A DNA stretch of 32,000 nt from contig NZ_CP046580.1 of assembly GCF_013365495.1 (NCBI RefSeq), positions 510,001 through 542,000 on the forward strand, read 5' to 3'. Under the pieces are notes generated by a model, which worked only from the letters and a program-made list of their open reading frames with translations, was not told the origin of the DNA and did not search any database. This document shows positions 9,961 to 18,439 of the stretch, piece after piece. Made by a program: the position numbers and the translations under genes. Origin of the DNA: Candidatus Saccharimonadota bacterium. Lineage in GTDB: Bacteria > Pseudomonadota > Alphaproteobacteria > Rickettsiales > Anaplasmataceae. The stretch's first letter is position 1. Every line of letters starts with the position of its first letter.

Positions 9961-10037
9961 GGGTCTGTAGCTCAGCTGGTTAGAGCACACGTCTGATAAG
10001 CGTGAGGTCAGAAGTTCAACTCTTCTCAGGCCCACCA
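9961..10037 (+). tRNA. tRNA-Ile (anticodon GAT), CCA encoded
   Basis: 77-nt cloverleaf. Acceptor GGGTCTG/CAGGCCC; D-arm GCTC-AGCTGGTTA-GAGC; anticodon stem CACGT/GCGTG; loop CTGATAA; variable AGGTC; T-arm AGAAG-TTCAACT-CTTCT; then A-CCA. Confidence 0.93.
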
Positions 10038-12053
10038 GCCCTAGTTTTGTCTAAATATTTTCATAGCAATTTAGTATAATATAAAATATACAGGATATAT
10101 ACTCATATAAATATTTACTGTCCTGTTCTATTATTTTTTTTAATCTAAGATTGTAAGATAAAAAATTCTACAGGTTTTAAATGACAATAATATTATATTT
10201 ATTAACGTAAGTGAAATAAAATAGTATATTAAGAATTATAATTGAATTACTTACTGTTAGGTTATTTAGGTAAGTTTTGAGTTAACTATCTCTTTTTTTT
10301 AACAAGTGACTCCAATCTAATTACATTAGTAAAAAATTAGTATTAATATATCAGTTTGTACAATATTGTTTTTTTAACCTATTTTTCAATAAAATTGAAA
10401 GAATATATATCTACTTTGTTTTTTTAATTTGATATTCTTTCTAAAAAGAGACTAGTTGTTAATTTAATATTCTTGCATACTTGCATTTTTAAAATGCAAG
10501 AGCATTATCATTTATCAATGTTTATCTCTTTTTATAAAAGATAATCCTGAATTTTTTACTATTCCTTCTTAATCTGTATCAGATTTCATCTGATTCCTTT
10601 GTTACATCAAAGTTTCAAGTGAAAAAGCTTTTTCTTTCTATAACTTTCATAAATTAACTATCTTTTTAAATTTGAGATAAATATTAAACTGCTAAAATAT
10701 AGATTATATACAGTACACATCTCATCTTAAACAAGAAAAACATAACTATTTACATTCCACAAGTGTGGATAGAAAAAAAGTTACTTCAATCTTAAGTTAT
10801 GAACTTAGAATACGAAACATTTTATAACTAAGTATCAATTAAGCTTAAAGCAGATTATTTTTATAGTCAAATTTATTTATTTAAGTCATTAAACTTACTT
10901 AAAATGACAGCTTACTTCTTTTAATATTTGTTTATTCCATATTGTATGTTTACAAGTTTTAATTTAAATGTTTTTAGATTACTTAAAATAAATTTATTCA
11001 TTAGTAATGATAAAGTTCAAGACATATTATCATAATTTTAACTTTATTTAACTCAAAAGAATGCATTAGAGAGACTTTGCTTTTATAAAAAAATTATATT
11101 TTACTATTTAAATAGTTTTTTGATAAACAAATGAAATGTACCAATTAATTTTGTATATACTCATTTTATATAAACATTATCCCGTTTCTAAATGAAATTT
11201 TAAAATTTGTAACCTCTCTTTTAAAACTAAAACATAACAATATAAAACATATTTCTTTAGTAGCATTAGAATTAATTTTTTTTGATAAAAAAAATTTAAT
11301 TGTCAAAAACATTACCTTAAGTAAATGACATAAAATGTAAAATACTTTTGTAGTATAAAATATATTTATTTTTTAATTAAAAACTTTATAATATTTTCAT
11401 ATTTATTTATAGCATAGTAATATATATAGTTTTATACTTACAATCTGTTTTCAGCATAAATTTGCTTTTTTTCTTTCTATAGAATTTATATAATTTTACC
11501 TCATCATACGAAAGTATGCACAATATATATAATATTTGCACAAGAAAGTATTACACTTGCTACTCAACAATATTAAGAAAGCTAAGAAAAGTGAAAAATA
11601 CTTATATATACATCAAATAATTTTTATCTGAAAAAATTCTAAAATATCTTCATTTTATTTATGATAATTATTATATAAATAATATCAGTTAATAATATTT
11701 AATATTATTTATTTAATATATTTCTTTTTAATTTACAAGAGATTATATAACTTAAAAAAAATCATCTGAATTTTAAGTATATACTTGATAAAATTTATTG
11801 AAATTAGTAAGTAGTAACGAGTAATAAAAATATTTTATTCATTTAATAAAACTTTATTCATGGTTTAGTTTTTGTTACTTCTACACACAAGGAAAGAGTT
11901 CTAAAGGATAGTAGAAAGAAGTGAAGTTTATCTTCATGTACTCAGAGCAAATTAGTAAGTATGTAGCAGTTGAAACATTTACAGCTTTGTGTTTATCTAG
12001 TAATTTTAACTACATTGCTTATAATAATTTTTGTTGGTAAGTAAAATTTGAAA

Positions 12054-13220
12054 ATGAACCTATATAAAAAATTAATAACTAGTGAATCAGTTGCAGCTGG
12101 TCACCCAGACAAAGTAGCAGACCAAATTGCAGACGCAATACTTGATGAATACCTTTTCGTTGATCCCTTTTCACGCACTGCAATAGAAACTTTAGTTACC
12201 AAAAATAATGTTATTATAGCAGGAGAAGTATTTGGTCCAAATATCACAAGCAGCAGAATTGAAAATATTGTAAGAGATACAATAAAAAATATTGGTTATG
12301 AGCACGATGGCTTTCACTGGAGAAAGGTAGAAGTGAATATATTGCTACACAAACAATCTAGTGATATTGCAGCAGGGGTAAATCAAGGAGCTGCTGGAGA
12401 TCAAGGCATAGTGTATGGCTATGCAACAACAGAAACAGAAAGTCTTATGCCAGCTCCAATTTTTTATGCGCACTCAATTTTGAAAAATATCATGAATGAA
12501 GTTAAGGAAGCAAAGCTTGGTCCAGATGCAAAATCACAGATCACTTTAGTATATGAGAACAACCTTCCAATACGCGCTGAAAGTATTATTGTTTCAATAC
12601 AACATCCTGAGGACTTAGATCAGTTAAAAGTAAAAAAAATAATCTACCCCTATATAGTTTCTTCTTTACCTAAAGGTTGGATGTGTCCTGAAGAGAATCT
12701 TCTAGTTAATCCTACTGGTAGGTTTGTTATCGGTGGACCAGTTAGTGATTGTGGGTTAACTGGACGAAAAATTATGGTTGACACTTATGGAGGATATATT
12801 CCACATGGGGGAGGAGCATTTTCTGGAAAAGATGCAACAAAAGTTGATAGATCTGCAGCTTATATGGCGAGATATCTTGCTAAAAATATTGTCTTTGCAG
12901 ATTTAGCTAAGTGTTGTCTTATACAGCTTTCTTATGCAATTGGTATATCAAAACCTACTTCATTCTATATAGATACATTTGGTACAAATACGGTAGATAC
13001 AAAAAAAATTAAAGACTTTATTGAAAATAATATAGATCTATCACCTCAAGGTATCATTCAACATTTATCACTTAACCGTCCTATATATAAACGTACAGCC
13101 TATTATGGGCATTTTGGTAAAAAATTAGAAAAGAACGGCGAATTTTCTTGGGAAAACACAAATTTATCTGATGCTTTTCGTACAGAATTTAACATAAGGA
13201 ATAATGAAAAGATTTTTTAA
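12054..13220 (+). CDS. metK: S-adenosylmethionine synthetase
   Basis: Contains GHPDKVADQIADAILD, GAAGDQG and HGGGAFSGKDATKVDRS. The ATG at 12054 is preferred over the track's TTG at 12048. Confidence 0.96.
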   Translation: MNLYKKLITSESVAAGHPDKVADQIADAILDEYLFVDPFSRTAIETLVTKNNVIIAGEVFGPNITSSRIENIVRDTIKNIGYEHDGFHWRKVEVNILLHKQSSDIAAGVNQGAAGDQGIVYGYATTETESLMPAPIFYAHSILKNIMNEVKEAKLGPDAKSQITLVYENNLPIRAESIIVSIQHPEDLDQLKVKKIIYPYIVSSLPKGWMCPEENLLVNPTGRFVIGGPVSDCGLTGRKIMVDTYGGYIPHGGGAFSGKDATKVDRSAAYMARYLAKNIVFADLAKCCLIQLSYAIGISKPTSFYIDTFGTNTVDTKKIKDFIENNIDLSPQGIIQHLSLNRPIYKRTAYYGHFGKKLEKNGEFSWENTNLSDAFRTEFNIRNNEKIF

Positions 13221-13357
13221 GATCACTAAAATTTTTATCTAGTTTAACATTGATATAACAGTTTAATATTATAAAAAACTAGTTTTTTATAATAAAAATT
13301 ATATGTTATAGTAATTTTTTTACTTAAAAAATAATAAAATACGTAGAAAATATAAAA

Positions 13358-13397
13358 AGGCTTCATATAACTATAAATGGTTATAAGCCTTTTTTTT
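13358..13397 (+). terminator. Rho-independent terminator candidate downstream of metK
   Basis: Stem AGGCTT(cat)ATAAC, loop tataaatg, stem GTTAT-AAGCCT (11 bp with a 3-nt bulge), followed by T7. An A5 run lies upstream, so it could act bidirectionally. Located 138 nt after the metK stop. Confidence 0.55.
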
Positions 13398-14054
13398 GAT
13401 AAAACGAGAATATTTTTTTTTAAATTAGATTATGATAACACACTGAATTATGAAAAATTCAAACTTGATTATCAGTATTTTTCATACAATAATGGATATT
13501 AATAAAAATTATAAAAATCAAATTAGTTATTTTAACTGGTCTTTTATATTTTGTGTCGTTTTTAAGTAACAATGTTTATATTATATTGATTCTTTATACC
13601 AAGACAGAAAACTATACCAACGTAATTTCACTTTTAAAGTATTATATATAAATATAAAGACTAAATCATAGTTGTCACAATAAGTTTTTATGTTAATTCA
13701 CACTATTTTAGTGTATGGTAGAAAAAATACAGGAAACTTTCCATTTACTTTAATTGACTAACTTTTTTAACTTTATTAAAAAGTATTTGTAAAATTACAG
13801 TACTTTTTATATTCTTGCATGTCTATATGTAAAGCTATTACTTTTAATATAAAAAAATATTAAAAAAAACGATAAGCATGGAAATTAGGTTATTTTTGTA
13901 GTAGTTTCATAGGATATAAACAATTTTTTAAAATTTTATTAAATCAGTACAATAAAATAAAATTTTTAAGTTATTTAAAATAAATGTACAATTTAAATTA
14001 GCTTTTTAAAGTAGTTATGAATTTTCTAAAATTAAATCTATATCTTAAATAACA

Positions 14055-14082
14055 TTGACAATTTTAAGTTAATTTATATACT
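14055..14082 (+). promoter_or_regulatory. Candidate sigma70-type promoter for coxC (TTGACA-16-TATACT)
   Basis: Perfect -35 TTGACA at 14055-14060, a 16-nt spacer, then TATACT at 14077-14082, 24 nt upstream of the ATG at 14106. Confidence 0.4.
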
Positions 14083-14105
14083 TAACATTTATATTTTAAA
14101 ATAGC

Positions 14106-14933
14106 ATGAAAGCTAAAGAACATGATTTTCATTTAGTAGATCCAAGTCCCTGGCCAATCTCTATATCGGTAGCAGTTCTTATTCTTATAGTTGGGCTAAT
14201 TAGTACACTCCATAAACAAACCTTTGGAATATTTGGTTTAATTTTAGGAATTTCTACAATCTCAGTAGTATTATTTTATTGGTGGAGAGATGTAATAAAA
14301 GAAGCTATTTATGATAAATGTCATACTGCAATTGTAAAACACGGACTCAGAATTGCAATGTACTTATTTATCTTTTCAGAAATTATTTTTTTTACAGCAT
14401 TCTTCTGTTCATTCTTCAAAGCTTGGCTTGATCCAGTTTTTTTATTTGAAGCATTTTCTCCTATAAATAGGGTTAAATGGCCTCCTGAAGGAGTTATACC
14501 TCCTAACCCATGGTCATTACCATTCATAAATACATTAGTATTATTACTTTCTGGTACAACAGTTATTTCAGCACATTACTTTTTACTTGAGAATGATCAA
14601 AAGAACACAATCAAAATGTTATCTATAACTATACTACTTGGAGTATTTTTTATAATAATGCAAGCAATAGAGTATCATGAAGCAAGTTTTTCTTTACAAG
14701 AAACAGGGGAAAAATTAATCTATGCATCTAACTTTTATATAATTACTGGGTTTCACTGTGCACATGTTGTAATAGGGGTAATATTTTTATCAATTTGTTT
14801 ATTTAGAACATGGAGAAATCAATTTACACCTCAAGATCATTTATGCTTTGAATTTGCTTCTTGGTATTGGCATTTTGTAGATATAGTTTGGATATTTGTA
14901 TTTATATTTATATATTGGTTAAGTGTTTACTGA
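14106..14933 (+). CDS. coxC: Cytochrome c oxidase (aa3-type) subunit III
   Basis: 275 aa, polytopic. N-terminus HDFHLVDPSPWP and C-terminal ASWYWHFVDIVWIFVF are typical of subunit III. Confidence 0.93.
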   Translation: MKAKEHDFHLVDPSPWPISISVAVLILIVGLISTLHKQTFGIFGLILGISTISVVLFYWWRDVIKEAIYDKCHTAIVKHGLRIAMYLFIFSEIIFFTAFFCSFFKAWLDPVFLFEAFSPINRVKWPPEGVIPPNPWSLPFINTLVLLLSGTTVISAHYFLLENDQKNTIKMLSITILLGVFFIIMQAIEYHEASFSLQETGEKLIYASNFYIITGFHCAHVVIGVIFLSICLFRTWRNQFTPQDHLCFEFASWYWHFVDIVWIFVFIFIYWLSVY

Positions 14934-15382
14934 GTATTTAAAATGATAAGTCTAATTATGAAATAAGTAATATAAATCTAACTATTAGATTAATTTCAAT
15001 AAAAAAATGAAAGCATTGAACTTCGTGATACATTAATTAATCATAAACTTAGCATAAATAAATGTCTGTATTCAAATGAAAAATTATTCTCAATAAAATC
15101 AAGAGGCTTTGCTAATTTTAAATACGTAAAAGGATTATAATTTTGGTCTTAATAAAAATAGAGTTAATTATAAATGAGTGTTGTATAAACCATGTAAAAA
15201 ATTATCGAAATAGCTATACTAATAAAATTAGATTATATCTATAATAGTGATCTTGATAATTTCAATATAAAGTATCAAAGTGCTGTTGCTATTTTTGCTA
15301 AAATAGTTTATAGCTTGTAAAAAAAAGGTTCATAATTTTTAAGTAGTTTTTATAGTTCAGTGATCTAAATTTAGATAACAGA

Positions 15383-15661
15383 GTGAATATTATTAAAACG
15401 ATAGAAGAAAAAATACGGAATTCAATAGATATAATTGATATTGATGTCATTGATGAGTCTATAAAGCATTCAGGTCATTATTTTACTCCATCTTCATTAC
15501 CTTCACATATTAAAATAATATTAATATCCAATAATTTTATTGGAATGAGTTTTTTGAAAAGACATAAGTTAATCTATGACTTACTAAAAGATGAAATGAA
15601 ACTGATACATGCAATTTCTCTTCACTTTTATACAGAAAATGAGTATATTATCAAAAAATAA
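15383..15661 (+). CDS. bolA: BolA family protein
   Basis: 92 aa, GTG start. BolA pattern: VIDES.KHSGH...HIKIILIS..F.GMS.LKRHKLIYDLL...IHAISL. Confidence 0.8.
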   Translation: MNIIKTIEEKIRNSIDIIDIDVIDESIKHSGHYFTPSSLPSHIKIILISNNFIGMSFLKRHKLIYDLLKDEMKLIHAISLHFYTENEYIIKK

Positions 15662-15674
15662 GCAGAAATAAGGT

Positions 15675-16865
15675 GTGAAAGAAGAATCTTTATTAGTTAA
15701 AGCAGGGAGAAAATTTAACGACTATAAAGGTTCTATGAACCCACCAATTTATCACTCTTCTACTATATTATTTCCTACCTACAAAAGCTACTTAAATGCA
15801 GTAAATGGGAAGGATATATATAATATCATTAATGATAATATATCAAGGGATTATAGTTACAGTAGTGTTGGTACTCCTACTGTTCATTATCTTTCAAATG
15901 CGCTTACTGAAATTGAGGGGAGAGGACAAGCATTAATTTATCCTTCTGGACTATTTGCAATTACTTTTGCTATTTTAACTTTTGCTAAGACAGGTTCACA
16001 TATTCTGATTCAAGATAATAGTTATTATCGAGTTAGGAGATTTGTTAAAAGTGAACTGCCAAAAAGAGGAATAAATGTAACTTTTTATGATCCAACACAA
16101 AATATAGCTCATTTGATTCGAAATAACACTTCATTGATAATGATTGAAACTCCAGGTTCTATAACATTTGAAATTTCAAACATAAAGCATATAGTAAAAG
16201 TTGCTAAAGAACATAAAATTGTAACTGTTTGTGATAATTCATGGGCTACTCCTTTACTATTTAAACCACTTGATTATGGAATTGATGTTGTATTATATGC
16301 GTTGACAAAATATATAGCAGGTCACTCAGACTTATTGATGGGAGCTATTATTGCTGAAGGTGAGATTTTTAAATTACTTTATGAAAGCTATAAGAATTAT
16401 GGAGTTACTATTCAATCACATGATTGTTATCTTGCACACAGAGGATTAAGAACGTTATATACACGTATAAAAAGGCATCAAAGCACGACAACAAAGGTAA
16501 CAAAATGGCTAGAAAAGCATTCAAAAGTTAAAAAGGTTTTGTATCCAGCACTTGCTTCCCATCCTCAGCATGAATTGTGGAAAAGTTATTTTAAAGGAGC
16601 AAGCAGTGTATTTAGTATAGTATTAAATAGAGAGTATTTATGTGAAGAGCTAAGTTATATGGTTGATCATATGAAAGTTTTTAGTATTGGTGCTTCTTGG
16701 GGAGGATGTGATAGTTTAATATTACCAATAGATCGTAAATTTATATCAAGATCTGTAATGCATATAGATTATGGTGGAAGTTTTGTAAGAATATTTTGTG
16801 GATTAGAAGATCCTGAAGATTTAATTTCTGATTTGGATACTGCTCTGGCCAGATTGCCATGTTAA
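15675..16865 (+). CDS. metC: Cystathionine beta-lyase (Cys/Met-metabolism PLP enzyme)
   Basis: 396 aa, GTG start 13 nt after bolA. Colinear by eye with E. coli MetC: ESPGSITFE, DNSWATPLLFKPLDYGIDV, the PLP-lysine region ALTKYIAGHSDLLMG, SWGG.DSLI and GLEDPEDLI.DLD. Confidence 0.88.
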   Translation: MKEESLLVKAGRKFNDYKGSMNPPIYHSSTILFPTYKSYLNAVNGKDIYNIINDNISRDYSYSSVGTPTVHYLSNALTEIEGRGQALIYPSGLFAITFAILTFAKTGSHILIQDNSYYRVRRFVKSELPKRGINVTFYDPTQNIAHLIRNNTSLIMIETPGSITFEISNIKHIVKVAKEHKIVTVCDNSWATPLLFKPLDYGIDVVLYALTKYIAGHSDLLMGAIIAEGEIFKLLYESYKNYGVTIQSHDCYLAHRGLRTLYTRIKRHQSTTTKVTKWLEKHSKVKKVLYPALASHPQHELWKSYFKGASSVFSIVLNREYLCEELSYMVDHMKVFSIGASWGGCDSLILPIDRKFISRSVMHIDYGGSFVRIFCGLEDPEDLISDLDTALARLPC

Positions 16866-16890
16866 TTCTTTGAATTCAATAAAATGGAAT

Positions 16891-18288
16891 ATGAAATTAA
16901 AAGAGTTACTACATAACATTATTGATGTTACTTCTTTTAATGTTGAGATCAAAGGTGTAACATGTAATCCTAAAAGAATTAAAGAAGGCTATCTTTTCAT
17001 TTGTATATCAAAAGAACATAAGAGGTATATAAATAATATAAAAATTTTAGCAATAATAGCAAATTTTATAGCATGTAATGCTTCTATAAGCATATTTTAT
17101 CCTAACCCTCAAGAAATATACAGTAAAATAGTTAGTAAATTTTATAAGTTTGAGCAGCCTAAATATATTGCTGCTGTAACAGGTACAAATGGTAAAACTT
17201 CAGTAGTGGAATTTTGTCGTCAGATTTGGCAAAATGCCGGCTATAATGCAGCATCTATTGGAACACTTGGAACATGTATCAACAATGAAAGAAAAGATCA
17301 TTATAATAATCTTACCACTCCGGATGCAGATGATTTTTATGTAACATTATATGATATCAATAGTAAAAACATAGAGTGTTTAGCATTAGAAGCTTCAAGT
17401 CATGGAATTGATCAGTATAGGATTCATGGACTAGAATTAGCTTCTGCAGCTTTTACAAATTTTTCACAAGATCATTTAGATTATCATCAGGGCATTAGCA
17501 GATATTTAAATGCTAAAAAAAAATTATTTTATGAGGTACTACCAAAAGAAAAAACAGTAATTCTAAATGCAAATATAAATGAATACTATGTATTGCTTAA
17601 GATAGCTAAAAAACGTGGTAACAAAATTATAACCTATGGAAAAAAAGATTCTAATATTACTTTAATAAAGCAAATACCAACATCAAATGGTCAATATTTA
17701 ACGATTAGAGTTGGTAATCAAGTTTATGATACGTTTTTTCCGGTTTTAGGACAATTTCAAGCATATAATTTAATGTGTGCAATCGGTATAACTATCGCAT
17801 CTGGATTAGATGATAAAAAGATATATATAGATAAACTTGTTTCTCCACCAGGAAGAATGGAAAAGGTTTTACCTTTTATATTTGTGGATTATGCACATAC
17901 TTCAAATGCATTAAAACAAGTACTATTATCTTTAAAGTGGCACTTCAATAAAAAAATAACTTTAGTTTTTGGTTGTGGGGGTAATCGTGATCAAGCAAAG
18001 CGTGCAGAAATGGGCAAAATAGCACAAATGCATGCTGAAAAAATAATAATTACGAATGATAATCCACGTGATGAAAATCCGACAGAAATTCGCCGTAACA
18101 TTTTGCTATATTGTCCTAATGCTTTAGAAATAGCAGATAGAAAAGAAGCTATAGAGAAAGGCATAGATATTTCCTATAACGAAGATATGATCCTATTAGT
18201 TGCAGGAAAAGGACACGAAAAATTCCAAATTATAAATAGTCAAATTCTTGAATTTAGTGACGTTGAAACCATTAGAAAGTATACTTAA
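16891..18288 (+). CDS. murE: UDP-N-acetylmuramoyl-L-alanyl-D-glutamate--2,6-diaminopimelate ligase
   Basis: P-loop VTGTNGKTS; DYAHTSNAL; DNPRDENP (the DNPR motif associated with meso-DAP-adding MurE); GKGHE. The ATG at 16891 (MKLKELL) is preferred over the track's TTG at 16870. Confidence 0.93.
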   Translation: MKLKELLHNIIDVTSFNVEIKGVTCNPKRIKEGYLFICISKEHKRYINNIKILAIIANFIACNASISIFYPNPQEIYSKIVSKFYKFEQPKYIAAVTGTNGKTSVVEFCRQIWQNAGYNAASIGTLGTCINNERKDHYNNLTTPDADDFYVTLYDINSKNIECLALEASSHGIDQYRIHGLELASAAFTNFSQDHLDYHQGISRYLNAKKKLFYEVLPKEKTVILNANINEYYVLLKIAKKRGNKIITYGKKDSNITLIKQIPTSNGQYLTIRVGNQVYDTFFPVLGQFQAYNLMCAIGITIASGLDDKKIYIDKLVSPPGRMEKVLPFIFVDYAHTSNALKQVLLSLKWHFNKKITLVFGCGGNRDQAKRAEMGKIAQMHAEKIIITNDNPRDENPTEIRRNILLYCPNALEIADRKEAIEKGIDISYNEDMILLVAGKGHEKFQIINSQILEFSDVETIRKYT

Positions 18289-18374
18289 ATGTATTGATTT
18301 TTTATTACCTTTTATTTATCCAAAATTTGAATAATTTAAATGCTACATTAATGAAAATTAGGCCATATCTAAGG

Positions 18375-18409
18375 TTGTGGCTTTACTAAATTTTAAAAAG
18401 TAGCCACAA
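18375..18409 (+). terminator. GC-containing hairpin between murE and the MFS gene (possible terminator or attenuator, no U-tract)
   Basis: TTGTGGCT(tt)AC, a 13-nt loop, then GT-AGCCACAA: 8 bp (4 G-C) plus 2 bp. Located 87 nt after the murE stop and 31 nt before the GTG at 18440. Confidence 0.3.
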
Positions 18410-18439
18410 TGAGAAAACAAAATATTTATAATTAGATTA

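Noticed and set aside
10480-10500. 21-nt palindrome CTTGCATTTT-T-AAAATGCAAG in the 2-kb spacer. Other short perfect inverted repeats: 10578-10594, 11691-11709, 28893-28910, 29633-29651, 14975-14991.
   Set aside because: With a per-base pairing probability of about 0.34 in these spacers, I expect several 7-9-bp stems and about one 10-bp stem by chance. None has a U-tract or a consistent position relative to genes.
10756-10772. DnaA-box-like sequence TGTGGATAG (8/9 match to TGTGGATAA) forming a palindrome with TCCACA; considered as an oriC signature inside the AT-rich 2-kb spacer.
   Set aside because: By my estimate, single boxes with one mismatch are expected about 2 times by chance in the spacers. 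There is no cluster of boxes, and no hemE/tlyC-type flanking genes as reported for Anaplasmataceae origins.
11860-12047. Less AT-rich island immediately upstream of metK; considered as a SAM riboswitch (SAM-II, SAM-V or SAM/SAH types known in alphaproteobacteria).
   Set aside because: I could not find the conserved AAAGCU-containing pseudoknot core or a convincing stem arrangement on the + strand. An Rfam/Infernal scan would be decisive.
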